Shown: positions 1-12,728 of the stretch, piece by piece
Position numbering within the stretch: position 1 is the first letter of the stretch
Layout of the letters: each line of letters starts with the position of its first letter
Origin: Octopus sinensis
Taxonomy: Eukaryota
Direction of reading: 5' to 3'
Length of the DNA stretch: 64,000 nucleotides
NCBI RefSeq assembly: GCF_006345805.1
Contig: NC_043013.1
Coordinates: forward strand, 42,346,001 to 42,410,000
Position numbers and translations under genes: made by a program
The notes under the pieces: model-generated
The model's database searches: none
What the model was told of the DNA's origin: nothing
What the model saw: only the letters and a program-made list of their open reading frames with translations

Positions 1-1091
1 AGGGATTACTGTACATACATAAATATATACAAGCATGCCCGATTCCATGTACGTATATAAGCATGTACTATGTGCAATGTGTTTGTATACATGTGTGACT
101 GTTAGAGAATAAGAGAGCGTGAAGGATGTTAGTGAGCAGGTAAAGTGTGAGTGAGTGAGTGCTTGAGAGTGTGAGTGAGTGCTTGAGTTTGCAAAAAGAC
201 GAAAGGAAATTCCCAGGGAAGACATGGAGATGTTGAAAAGAGTAAGAACGGAGAGAGGGGAGTTAAATAGATATACAGAGAAATATAGAAGAGAGAGACA
301 GAGAAAGAGAGAGTGATGGAGAAAATTAATTAGGGAGAAAAAAAATGTCACAAATACACAAACGTACGTATACTGCCTCACACACACACACTTCACATAC
401 TTATTCTAACACAAACACACAATACACGCGCGCACACACACACAAACTTACAGTGAAACACGTGTGTTATTCCAAGTGTTTACTTAGATATTTCCCGCAG
501 AACAAGTTCCAATCGCTATGTTATTTTACGAATGTTATCTTTATTATCCTCCTCCTCCATCATTATTATTTGAATGAAGTTTTCCCAACAAATAAGGAGC
601 CAGTCTCTAACAAAGAAATAAAACTCCATTAATGGAATTTGGATAACAAAAACAGTGACAAGTTATACGATGAACTTCAGAAAATCTTGCATATTATTAC
701 TGTTGCATTTTGTACTTATTTTCGAATTGTTTTTTGTAGATATCTCCTGTTTCTGTATTGCAAACACATAACCTTCGAACGAAATGTCACGTGGTGCAAC
801 GACTATAACCCCAAGGACGGCTACAGCTCATCTTAATTTTAGCATCATACACAAGTTTGCGAGAAAAATACCCACGCACAACCCTTTTATTATTATTTTT
901 TTTGTCTGTGGTAGACAGAGTAGTTCTCTCCTGGGTTTTTAGTGAGGTACACAAGTCTTGGGTTGCATGAAAGGTCAACGGGAAGCAAGTACATCTTGCG
1001 GATTTCACTTCCGACCCACATGATGTTCTCTTCACTTTGTCAATATATTTTTTTATTTGTTGCTGTGGTTCAACAGATGCTGATTGATACC

Positions 1092-1681
1092 TATTCATTT
1101 ACTACCCACAAGGGGCTACACACAGAGGGGACAAACAAGGACAGACAAACGGATTAAGTCGATTATATCGACCCCAGTGCGTAATTGGTACTTATTTAAT
1201 TGACCCCGAAAGGATGAAAGGCAAAGTCGACCTTAGCGGAATTTGAACTCAGAACGTAACGGCAGACGAAATACCTATTTCTTTATTACCCACAAGGAGC
1301 TAAACACAGAGAGGACAAACAAGGACAGACAAACGGATTAAGTCGATTATATCGACCCCAGTGCGTAACTGGTATTTATTTAATCGACCCCGAAAGGATG
1401 AAAGGCAAAGCCGACCTCGGCAGAATTTGAAGCCAGAACGTAGCGGCAGACGAAATACCTATTTCTTTACAACCCACAAGGGGCTACAGACAGAGGAGAC
1501 AAACAAACGGATTAAGTCCATTACATTGACCCCAGTGCGTAACTAGTACTTATTTAATCGACCCCAAAAGGATGAAAGACAAAGCCGACCTCGGCGGAAT
1601 TTGAACTCAGAACGTAACGGCAGACGAAATACCGCTAAGCATCTTGCCCGGCGTACTAACGTTTCTGCCAGCTCGCCGCCC
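1092..1681 (-). mobile_element. tRNA-derived SINE family S1 (Meta-domain-like), head-to-tail trimer with 14-bp TSD
   Basis: Three ~185-bp units. The minus-strand head has A-box (TGGCAGAAACGTT) and B-box (GAGTTCAAATTCC) motifs, then GCCTTTCATCCTTTCGGGGTCGAT. TGCTGATTGATACC is repeated at 1078-1091 and 1686-1699. Other S1 copies: ~2150-2300, 7660-7875, 25432-25655, 26714-26907, 28625-28835, 44740-44955, 46690-46825, 47040-47740, 54065-54465, 56770-57600, 60364-60800. Confidence 0.85.
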
Positions 1682-2741
1682 TAATTGCTGATTGATACCC
1701 TGTACGACACGCACAAGCTGTTTAACATGATTTTTAAAGAGCTCTCCTCTCCTCTTCAGAGTTAGAAACAACTAATATCCCCATTTCTAAGGAAGCTTCC
1801 AGTAGAGGTCACGATCTTGCTGGAAATAATATGTATAGGTTGCATAGACCAGTTAAGTATCGCAAATGTTTGTTCCAGGACTGGTACCACAAATGCGTTG
1901 CAGGATATTGTTCTCTTGGAAGACAAAAGCTCTGGCAGCTATGTTTTTTATCGTAAAAATATACAAACCAAAAGTGTGGCAAGACCTCCGCCCGTCTTGC
2001 CACACTTTTGAGTGGACTGGAGCAACGTGAAATGAAGTGTTTTGCTCAAGAACACAACGCGTCGCCCGGTCCAGGAATCGAAACCACAATCTTACGATCA
2101 TGATGCTTGACACCCTAACCACCAAGCCACGCGCCTCCACCTTTCTTTACGTAGTGAGTTCTAATACCGCTGACGTCGACTTTGCCTTTCATCCTTTCGA
2201 GTTGGCTAAAATAAGCGCCAGATGAACTCTAGGGTCATTGTAATTGACTTGCCCCCCTACCCGGAAATTGCTTACCTTGTACCAAAATTTGAAATCAATG
2301 CTGTCTCTTAATTATATCAATATTAAAGTTTTAAATTAAATTCTTAATTTAAAAATTTTTGGTGACTAAATCGACAAAACTTTGCACTCAACCGCACTGA
2401 CTTTCATAAATTATTTATTTGCATTTGTTATTGATTTGTGACTCAACCAGTTCGTTAATAATCAAAGAATATCGATCAAATTGAAGCAAAACACTTCATT
2501 TTTCAAATGAAAAATATTTTGACAAAATATTAATTTCTAGAATACAAATACACAAATACTTGAAAAACAATTTATCCATTTTCACACACACATACATTAT
2601 GAAAATGGATAAATTTCACACACACTATATATATATAGTTAATCCAAACATGAAATCACAAAGAGAAAACACAACAACGCGAGGACGTGGAACAAGTATA
2701 GTATTATTGGACGCTGAGGAAAGAAGGAGTGTGTATGTATG

Positions 2742-2809
<68 letters not shown>

Positions 2810-3607
2810 AGGTGGCGACACATGGCCTAGTGGTTAGAGCAGCGGACTCGCGGGTTCGAATCTCAAACCGGGTGATGTGTGTGTTTATGAGCGGAAACAC
2901 CTAAGCTCCACGCGGCTCCGGCAGAAGGTAATGGCGAACTTCTACTTCTTTCGCCACAGGTGGGGAACCTATACGTCAAGGAGACCGGGAAACCGGTCCT
3001 TATGAGCCAGGCATGGCTCGAGAAGGAACACACATACACGACAAGAAATAATTTTTGTCTCTTTTTATGGAAACAAAAGGGTTTATAGGACTGCAAAAAA
3101 GAAGTGCTTAAATGTAATTGCGACAGAGATAAAGAAACATTGATCATAGAACAAACATCAAATTCAAGTAAACGGCTTTATATATAACACCATACTCCCA
3201 AATAAATATTACCATGGTTCTTAAACATAAAATATACATATACAAAAAACAGAAGGTAAAAATATATATAAATATATATATATATAAATATATATATATA
3301 AATATTACCATGGTTCTTAAACATAAAATATACATATACAAAAAACAGAAGGTAAAAATATATATGCAAATAAAAATACAAATATATAGAACGGCTTATC
3401 AGAAAGGTAAATACAATCGACTAAAAATTCTAAAGCGTGTCATGCTACTAAAAATCTAAATAAACTCAAATAAAATATCAGCCGACTAAAAAAATGTTTT
3501 TACTTACCTCACACAAAAGAGAGTACGTCCAAAAATGTTCAATTCGTAAAACCATGGTAGGTTTGAGTCCGGGAGCAAAAAAGAGTTCCATGAAATCAAA
3601 TCAAACA

Positions 3608-3690
3608 CACCTATGGCCATTTAGGGGGTTCATTGCTGCGGTTCGATTACAGTTAATGAGCATCTCGGCAATGATCCCCTCATCAAGATG
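3608..3690 (-). ncRNA. degenerate type I hammerhead ribozyme-like motif
   Basis: Minus strand reads CATC-TTGATGA-GGGGATCATTGC...GCAATGAACCCCC-TAAA-TGGCCA-TA-GGTG. All three helices can form. The core has two substitutions (C3>U, G12>U). Confidence 0.5.
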
Positions 3691-4023
3691 AACGAGAAAC
3701 TCGGGCTAATTTTTTTATTACCTATAAAGGACTATGCGAAGATGCTTGTCGACAAATACAAAACAAAGACAATACAAAACGTAACAAAACAAACTCGAGG
3801 AATAAAAATTAAAAACAGAGGATAAAACAAGAAAAAATAAAAGAAACGAATGATAATATCAAAGAATGAAAACAAAGCGCAATACCCGACTCGAACCCCG
3901 AAGTCAACTGGTTACATTTTTAACAGGCTTTTCTCTTTTCATTAACAAATCTACATGCATTATTTTTCACAAAATTTACATCATTATTTTCCAGTCTTTT
4001 TTTTTTTCAAATTAAAAGTTCTT

Positions 4024-5189
4024 TTACCTTGGTATCACTGTTTTTTTCAACCTCTCGTATTCCACAACAAAAGGGATATCCTCATTCAACCAGCACTCAT
4101 CTAACATTTTCACATGTTCTAAAGAAAATGCACCCATAAATCTCTCATATTTTCTATCAGGTATCCAAACACCTCTATCATCTACATCAAATCTCTCTTT
4201 TGGCATCTTCACTCTCACCAGTCCCTTCCATTTCGCAGTTTTTTTTCTCTGTATCTACACCCCTCTCATACACCACCAAGAAACCTTTGTATTTACATTG
4301 TTCTATTGTGTTTTTTTTTTTGTTTTGTTTTTTTTTCCTTTCTTACAAATTTTTTAATTTGAATCCTTCCTTACCTTTCTTTGGCTCTGCTGAACTCTTT
4401 TTTGTTTCTTTCATCTTATTCTTTTCTTTCTCTTTAACTTCCTGGGTATAATCCTCCTCGTTTTTATTCTTCTCTTTAACTTCCTGGGTACACTCCTTAT
4501 CTTTCCTGGTATGTAATTTCTCCTCCGTCTACCTCTCTTGCTCCTTCTTCTCACTATGCGTGTACACAAACAAGGGGCACTGAGTCTTCATGTGACCCCT
4601 TCACACCGCATATATAGCAGTTCGGCCTCCGTCCCTCCACCACCACATTCAACGTTTTCTCTTCTTCGACCTCAATCTGGTAGGGGACCTTCTCGCTGTC
4701 TCTAAATGTGATGAAAAACCACGTTTCAACTCCGAATCCCCACAAGTTTAACCTTTTCGTCACTCCAACGGTCCCAGTTCTAGATCGTCGTCGGTTGCAG
4801 CCAGAATAGCTGCAACAAACCACTCGGTTTTAATTTCTGGTGGTAACCTTAGTATTCTGATCCGGACACTGCGCCTTCCCCTGTAACTGGGTAACAGCGT
4901 CACCTTCTCTGTTCTCAGAACGGTGGTGGAATGTGAGGCCACCTCTTCCTTTGTGGTAAACCTCACCTCCACCGTGCCAAACCTTCTTCCTCTACCGCGT
5001 TCGGTACACCACCGTCTTTAAAACTTTTATCTTTCGTAATCCTTTGCGGAAGGATCAACTTGATAGCATCTCCCTCCTTCCTTATTAATTCTTCGCTCTT
5101 CAGTATCTTCCCCATGTCAATGTGTTTTTGTTTCGATTCTAATGGCGCGGCTGTTCTCGCCGCAGCGGGTTTTTTGCATAGCTCTCCAT
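4024..5189 (-). pseudogene. non-LTR retrotransposon ORF1 (L1/Tx1-like gag-type protein, CCHC zinc knuckle), frameshifted
   Basis: ORF fragments 4760-4972, 4554-4823 and 4024-4218 join through frameshifts. VVVEGRRPNCYICGVKG continues in the shifted frame as HMKTQCP, giving a CX2CX4HX4C knuckle. A K/E-rich linker follows. Confidence 0.7.
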
Positions 5190-5549
5190 ATCGGAATGAC
5201 TACGTTACTCTTTTCACCCAAAATGGAGAAAAAAAGAGCAGCAAAAATCAACAACACCAGCAAATAACACGCTTGCGACAGCAAATTCATCAGGTTTCAA
5301 CAATAATCTCCAAGAGTCACAAAAAAACACTACCTTTCTCCTTCAAGACTGAAAAATAATAATCCATCACAGGACCAGTCCAAATTTTCTAACACACTAA
5401 AAAAAAAAAAAAATTATTTCATTACTAAACATGCAGGTGGCTGTTGTTAATAGAAATTTTAACTATCCGGTTTCAAAACCCGTAAAACTAAATATTATTT
5501 ATACACCTAATATTATTTACCACATCTAATTTTATTTCTGTACACTTTC

Positions 5550-6535
5550 AGAAAAGTAAGACAAAACTTATGGTTGCAATTTATTTAAAGTTTTAGGCCC
5601 AAAAGACTTAAGGATGGCAAGGGATTACCTTACACATAGCTTACAACACTTGTTGATATTAACTCTGAAATAAGGGGCCCTCGATATAACAGACCATTCA
5701 AGAGAATAACTTTTATTATTCCTCTTTAAACTATGTATATAAGAGGCAAGTGTAGCGGAGTTACAATATTTTTCGTTCGAAAACGAATTCATGTGGGCCC
5801 TGTACCGAGCCCTAAAATTTACAGTACTGCCTTTATAAAACCTATCCAAATTACCCTCCTCTTTAACAATGCATTTATATATAGCATTAGTAGTGAGACA
5901 AACTCCATCAAGGGGACATAGTCCAGGGTTTCTACCAATTACAGGATTTACCAGAGCCATCCCTAACCTTATTACTAATACTAACATTACTTATCTGGCT
6001 TCCGGCTTTCTTACCTTCAAATATCTCATTAATGGGGATCGATAAGGCCGGTGGGAGCAAATGGTTTGTAGCACTAACCTTAGGCGTATTAGAGCTTACC
6101 TGCCCAACACCAGGGTTTCCAACAGAAGAATACTTCCAGTGCACTTACCCATTAAACTTGTTTCTATTAATAGATGCAATAATTGAGGCCAAATTTGGCA
6201 TTTACCGAGTACGAAAATTTGATGGAGGACTTATTACAGATGATGTAGTATTTATGATTCTTTGGAAAATTCTCCTTCATAATCCTAAAAAAACAACTTG
6301 GGCAAATTTCTTACTCTGAGAGAAAAAGGGTGGGTGTGAACCATATGACTTCCCGTATTCTAGAACGTGAGTTCTTGGTTTTACTCATCTCCTCACTACC
6401 ACTGTTTCGCTTCCTAACATCTTTGTATACGTATCTAACTGATGGCTTATATTGGTTGCAATCAAATAATGCATTGCATTTCTCCCAACTATCCATGACA
6501 TGGTCAGGTGGTAGACCAGGGGAGTTTTGGAGCAT
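5550..6535 (-). pseudogene. Penelope-like retroelement 3' part (linker plus GIY-YIG endonuclease), disrupted
   Basis: REVIWFTP resembles the PLE motif IIWFNPP. CPLDGVCLTTNAIYKCIV...FYKGST-NFRARYRAH...LEWSVI...CKLCVR*SLAILK...TLNK matches the PLE GIY-YIG domain. Stops and frameshifts are present. Confidence 0.85.
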
Positions 6536-6816
6536 AAGGTTATATATATATATATATATATAAAGTTAAACTTTCTTATAAAGTATGTTTTTAAGTATAC
6601 TTCACAATATATGGACTGTATTAAGAAGAGTTCATTGCGAGCTAAATCGAAGGATAAGTACGTAATGCATAGTTTTCACATATGACTTTTACATGGAATT
6701 TTATTTACTGATTTACAAATTTTTATGTGTATTTATTTCGTTGTATATTTAAAATTATGCTTTGGAATTTAAATTGATTGCCTGGATGTGTTCCTTCTAT
6801 AATTTCTCTTATCTTT

Positions 6817-7117
6817 ATACATACATACATACATACATACATACATACATACATACATACATACATACATACATACATACATACATACATACAGACATAC
6901 ATACATACATAAAGACATACATACATACATACATACATACATACATACATACATACATACATAAAGACATACATACATACATACATACATACATACATAC
7001 ATACATACATACATACATACATACATACATACATACATACATACATACATACATACATACATACATACATACATACATACATACATACATACATACATAC
7101 ATACATACATACATACA
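6817..7117. repeat. (TACA)n microsatellite
   Basis: About 300 bp of near-perfect TACA. Confidence 0.97.
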
Positions 7118-7280
7118 TGGAAAGTTTACGAAAATAAACAAAAGATGAAGGCAGGTGGTATACAAACAAACAGATGTATTAGTATAGCGCTCAGGAATAG
7201 AAAAAGTCTTTTACGTTTCGAGCCCGCGCTCTTCGACAGAAAGGTACACAGAAAAAAAAAAACAAGGAGAGAAACAAGGA
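7118..7280 (-). mobile_element. short microsatellite-associated repeat family B with minimal hammerhead-like motif (7208-7243)
   Basis: Homologous to 21612-21800 and, inverted, to 31490-31680. Minus strand reads CTTT-CTGTCGA-A-GAGC-GCGG-GCTC-GAAA-CG-TA-AAAG. Confidence 0.6.
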
Positions 7281-9130
7281 GATATTACCAAAACTTTCAA
7301 ACACTGAGATTTGAAATTAGTTGTCACTGCTGTTCATATCATCGGTGGATAAATTTTAAAATTGATATCACCAGCAGTGACATAGGTGGATCGCAGGCGC
7401 AATAGCATTAAATATCTATAAATCATAAATTTTTACGAAGCGTAAGGATGCTTAACAAGCATCAACCTGCTAGAAATAAGAGCTAAAGTCTTAAATTTAT
7501 CCATCGTACCGCACCAAGATAACAGAGAAAAACAGTATGCGAGGAAAACAGAAAGGATTAAAATATTATGCAATCATTTTCACATATATATATACATATA
7601 ATGAAAATGGATAAATTTTGCGTGTGTGTACACGCGCGTGCATATGAGAGAGATAGAAGGGTGGCAAGCTGGTAGAATCGTTAACATATTGGATAAAATG
7701 CTTAATGGTATTTCGTCCGGCTCTTTACATTCTGATTTCGAATTCTGCCGAAGTTAGCTTCGCCTTTCATCCCTTCGGGTTCGATAAAATTAGTACCAGT
7801 TAAGCACTCGGGTCGATGTTATCTACTACATCTCTCCCACAAAATTTCAGGCCCTGTGCTATATTAGAAAGAATTATATATGAGACACTTAGTAATGAAT
7901 AAATTATTATGATATTCTACAGTAGATGCTCTGAGGCTAAATATTTTTACCGTTTGTTTTTACAATAGCATATTCAATATTCGCTGAAGATTTTTCAGTA
8001 TTCTTCTTTATATCCCTTTTGACATTTAATGTAGACACTTGTGTGATGAGCGTGCAGCCACATTTTGTCTATGAAGGCCAACGTCGTTGCCCCTGTCAGA
8101 GTGTGAAGCAGCTGGATAAGTGTCTCGGCCCTTTCAGCCACAACACCAGAGCTACCCAGCGTCACCTAGCAATGTAGGCGACAAAATGCCCCTGCAGATT
8201 TTTTACAATAGCATATTCAATATTTTTTGAAGATTTTTTCAACGTTCTTTATTTTTCTTTTAAAATATTTATAAAATATGCTTTCATGTGATTCTTTTTT
8301 TAAAGGATAAAATATTACGTTTCTATAAAAATCTAATTCTGGGAAAGTAAAAAAAGCATGATTAGTAATAACAAACCACACCCAAAACCCAAAAAGTTAG
8401 CTATTTTCGCGAGCTTTATTTTGCATGTTTTATATGTTCTTAGAATTTATATACATATATTAGATATACTATTTCTTATAATAAATGCTTTGCCAGTGTA
8501 ACAGCTAATGTTTTGCGCATTAAAATGGGAAAAAACTACAACTTGCACGTATAACTGATATACTAACAAGCTATCAACATATGTAATCAGAAACCTTGAA
8601 CAGGAAGAGTAGAAATTCAGAAATGTGGAACTTGTATGTTCCAAAACTTCTGTCTAAAATCCCAACTAAAAATCTTCTGAAATAAGTGGGTTTGGGGGTT
8701 TCGGAGTTGTGGGTGTCGAGGGTTTATTTTCTTTCTTTATAGAATTTCTCTCGTGCCTATGTGCAGGCACAAATCCGACACAAAAGTAGGGTTAGCAGGA
8801 GGTTCGGTAAGAAAGAGAGGTGGGAATCGGGAGTTGTCGAAATTGATTTGAGGTTGGCTTCTGGCACGATCGATAGCATACAAATCCAGCTCGTGTACTT
8901 AACTCAGCAGGTTCGGATGATACCACCGCCGCTGGTGACTATGACTATAGGCATTTGACATAAACGATTAAAACAGACATTCATTTTGCCTTTGCGTTCT
9001 AATTGCTAATAAGCCACCTTCTTTTCAATTTGTCGTTTACACTTTTACCCTTTTGGAAATCAGAACACGTTTTCAACGGTTCTTCTTAAAAGACTGACAG
9101 AGGTAGTTGAGTTTAACCCTAGGCGTTAAG

Positions 9131-9186
9131 AGCCGCTGATGAGGATTAGCATGGTCTACACCAAAATCCGAAATCGCGATCCAGCT
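9131..9186 (+). ncRNA. type I hammerhead ribozyme (intact core)
   Basis: AGCCG-CTGATGA-GGATT(agcaTGGTctacACCAa)AATCC-GAAA-TCGCGA-TC-CAGCT. Canonical CUGAUGA/GAAA/UH core, palindromic helix III, one mismatch in helix I. Confidence 0.75.
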
Positions 9187-9249
9187 ATGTACGCTCGGAA
9201 CTTAACTCCCTTTGTCAGTCACTTAGAACAGTGCGTTTGTGGCTTTCAG

Positions 9250-9632
9250 TTTACTCTTTCACTCTTTTACTTGTTTCAGTCATTTGACTGCGGCCATGCT
9301 GGAGCACCGCCTTTTAATCGAGCAACTCGACCCCGGGACTTATTCTTTTGTAAGCCCAGCACTTATTCTATCGGTCACTTTTGCCGAACCGCTAAGTAAC
9401 GGGGACATAAACACACCAGCATCGGTTGTCAAGCAATGCTAGGGGACAAACACGGACACACAAACACACACACACGCATATATATATACATATATACGAC
9501 AGGCTTCTTTCAGTTTCCGTCTACCAAATCCACTCACAAGGCTTTGGTCGGCCCGAGGCTATAGTAGAAGACACTTGCCCAACGTGCCACGCAGTGGGAC
9601 TGAACCCGGAACCATGTGGTTGGTAGACAAGC
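9250..9632 (-). mobile_element. tRNA-derived CORE-like SINE family S2 with internal (TA)n(TG)n spacer
   Basis: Family consensus: head GGTTCCGGGTTCAGTCCCACTGCGTGGCAC, CORE-like TTGGGCAAGTGTCTT, tail GACTGAAACAAGTAAAAGA. Other copies: ~9760-10090, 10720-11545, 11935-12420, 12538-12975, 17480-17880, 25805-26260, 28875-29432, 33228-33600, 36800-37080, 37365-37555, 41960-42230, 43675-44050, 48770-49220, 49425-49830, 51050-51447, 52950-53530, 58155-58460, 58695-59075, 63205-63368. Confidence 0.88.
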
Positions 9633-9683
9633 TAACTCTTATCTTTAGCAAAACTGGTGCTAGTCAGTACCACCCTTTGACTA

Positions 9684-9763
<80 letters not shown>

Positions 9764-10424
9764 TGCAACATCACTTGACAATCGATACCGGTGTGTTTAT
9801 GTCTCCGTAACTTAGCGTTTCGGCAAAAGAAAGCGATAGAATAAACGCTAGGCTTACAGAATAAAAGAATATGTACATATTTGTGTGTCTATGTTTGTTC
9901 CCCTGCCATCGCTTGACAACCGATGCTGGTGTGTTTATGTCCCCAAAACTTAGCGTTTCGGTTCAACAGACCGATAGAATAAGCGCTAGGCTTACAAAGA
10001 ATAAGTCCTGAGGTCGATTTCTTTCACTAATACTATTTAAGGCGGTGCTCCAGCATGGCCGCAGTTAAATGACAGAAACAACTAAAAGAATAAACAAATG
10101 ACAGAATGTGTGTGTGTGTGTGTGTGTGTTTGTGTGTGTGTGTCTGTGTGTTTGTGCGTGTGTAAATACACATATAGGCGGTGTTAATGAGTGCATTTGG
10201 CTATACAATTACACCACCAGATTACAATTGAATGTTGCCATTAGCATGGATTATCGACCCCCACACCCCTACATCTACTCTCATCAACGATGCCATTTCA
10301 TAGGATTAACTGTACAACTAACCTTAATTACTTCCACATACGCTATTATAAATTTTTGTGCCTTAATTATCGTTAGATTGGTGTATAAAGTGCTACAGTT
10401 GGCGTTTTAACCCCATGCTCCAAC

Positions 10425-10524
<100 letters not shown>

Positions 10525-11168
10525 TGTGTATGTATGTATTATGTATGTATGTATGTATGTATGTATGTATGGTTGCGTGTGTATAATATTTATGTTTGTG
10601 TGTGTGTGTGTAATTATGTAGCTACATTTGTAGGTAGGTGTTAGATGCATGTATTTAAGTTCGTTTGTAAGTTTGTATGTATTAAGTAGGTTTGTAAGTA
10701 CAAAATATATGCGTATATATAAGACGGAAACTGAAACAAGCCCGTCGTATATATGTGTGTGTGTGTGTGTGTGTGTATCCGTATATATGTTTGTGTGTCT
10801 GTGTTTGTCCCCCTCAAAATCGCTTGACAACCGATGCTGGTGTTTTCGTCCCCATAACCTAGCGGTTCAGCAAAATAGACCGATAGAATAAGTACTAGGC
10901 TTACAAAGAATAAGTCCTGGGGTCAATTTGTATGACTAAAGGTGGTGCTCCAGCATAGCCACAGTCAAATGACTGAAACAAGGAAATGAGTAAAGGAGTA
11001 TGTGTATATGTTTCCGTGTGACTGCGTGGTAAGCAGTTTGCTTCCCAACCACAGGGTTCCGGGTTCAGTCCCACTGCGTGGCACCTTGGACTAGTGTCTT
11101 CTATAACCTTGAGCCGACCAAAGCCTTGTGAGTGGATTTGGTAGACAGAAACTGAAAGAAGCCCGTCG

Positions 11169-11210
<42 letters not shown>

Positions 11211-12180
11211 GTGTGTGTGCATGTATGTATGTATGTATGTATGTATGTATGTGTGTATATGTTTGTGTGTCTGTGTTTGTCCCACCAACATCGTTTGACA
11301 ACCGATGCTGGTGTATTTACATCCCTATAACTTAGCGGTTCGGCAAAAGAGACCGATAGAATAAGTAGCAGGCTTACAAAGAATAAGTCCTGGGGTCGAT
11401 TTGCTCGACTAAAGGCAGTGCTCCAGCTTGCTTCCCAACCACATGGTTCCGAGTTCAGTCCGACTGCGTGGCACCTTGGTCAAGTGTCTTCTACTATAAG
11501 CCTCGTATTGACCAAAGCCTAGTGAGTGGATTTGGTTGACGGAATCATAAATGCACCACGTCTATAAGAGATGTTATCTCTGGACGAATACCGCAATAAA
11601 TTTGCCTTTCAACAACGTATTTATATTAAGAATCATACATAGAACACCATTATAAATATTCGATGCTTTATCTAGAAATGATGGCACGTTCTTAAATTTG
11701 AGGCTCAACTCTTCGTTGGTTTTTAATTCATTCTTATAATCGCATTTCTGTATCCGTCAACACATGAAAATTTATCTAAACCTTATCTGGAATATCTATG
11801 GTAAACATATCTTCAAATTGTTTGTGAAAGTCTTCCCTTCCAAATATTCAGGGAAATCTTTATGTGACCCAACCAAATGGAAACAGAAAACCCGAACGTC
11901 ATCACTATGTATTTTTGTTCTTTTCTTTTCTTTTATCTTTCTTTTACTTATTTCAGTCACTGGACTGCGGCCATGATGGAGCACAGTCTTAAAGCGTTTA
12001 TTCGAACGAATCGACTTCATTACTTATTTTTTAATCCTGATATTTATTCTATTGATTCTCTTTTGTCGAATCGCTAAGTTACGGGAACGTAAACCAACCT
12101 ATACTGGTTTTCAAGCATTGCAAATTGGGATAAAGACAATACGAACACAAGCACACATACTCTCTTCTCTCTCTCTCTCA

Positions 12181-12238
<58 letters not shown>

Positions 12239-12694
12239 ACACACACACACACACGCACGCACACACACACGCACACACACACATACGACGGGATTCCTCA
12301 CAAGGCATTGTTCGGCCCGGGGATTATAATAGAAGATATTTGCCCAAGCTGGAGCACAGTGGGACTGAATCCAAAACCACGTCACTGCAACGTGAGTCTC
12401 TTTGTAACTACACAGCCATACAGAAACATTTCAGAAAAAACTAATAAATTTCTTCACATTCAAATCTGTGTTTGAACACAATAACCTACGAAACATATAA
12501 CTTTTATTGTCTAAATCAACTGTTTGTCCCCATACAGCGTAGGAGTGGCTGTGTGGTAAGCAGGTTGGTAAGCACATGGCTTCGGGTTCAGTCCCACTGC
12601 GTGGCACCTTGGGCGAGTGTCTTCTACTATAGCCTCGGGCAGACCAAAGTCTTGCGAGTGGATTTGGTAGACGGAAACTGAAAGAAGCCCGTCG

Positions 12695-12728
<34 letters not shown>

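Noticed and set aside
6723-7169. MYVC/YIHT-repeat ORFs, and similar ones at ~21730-22440 and 39170-39680
   Set aside because: Microsatellite read-through.
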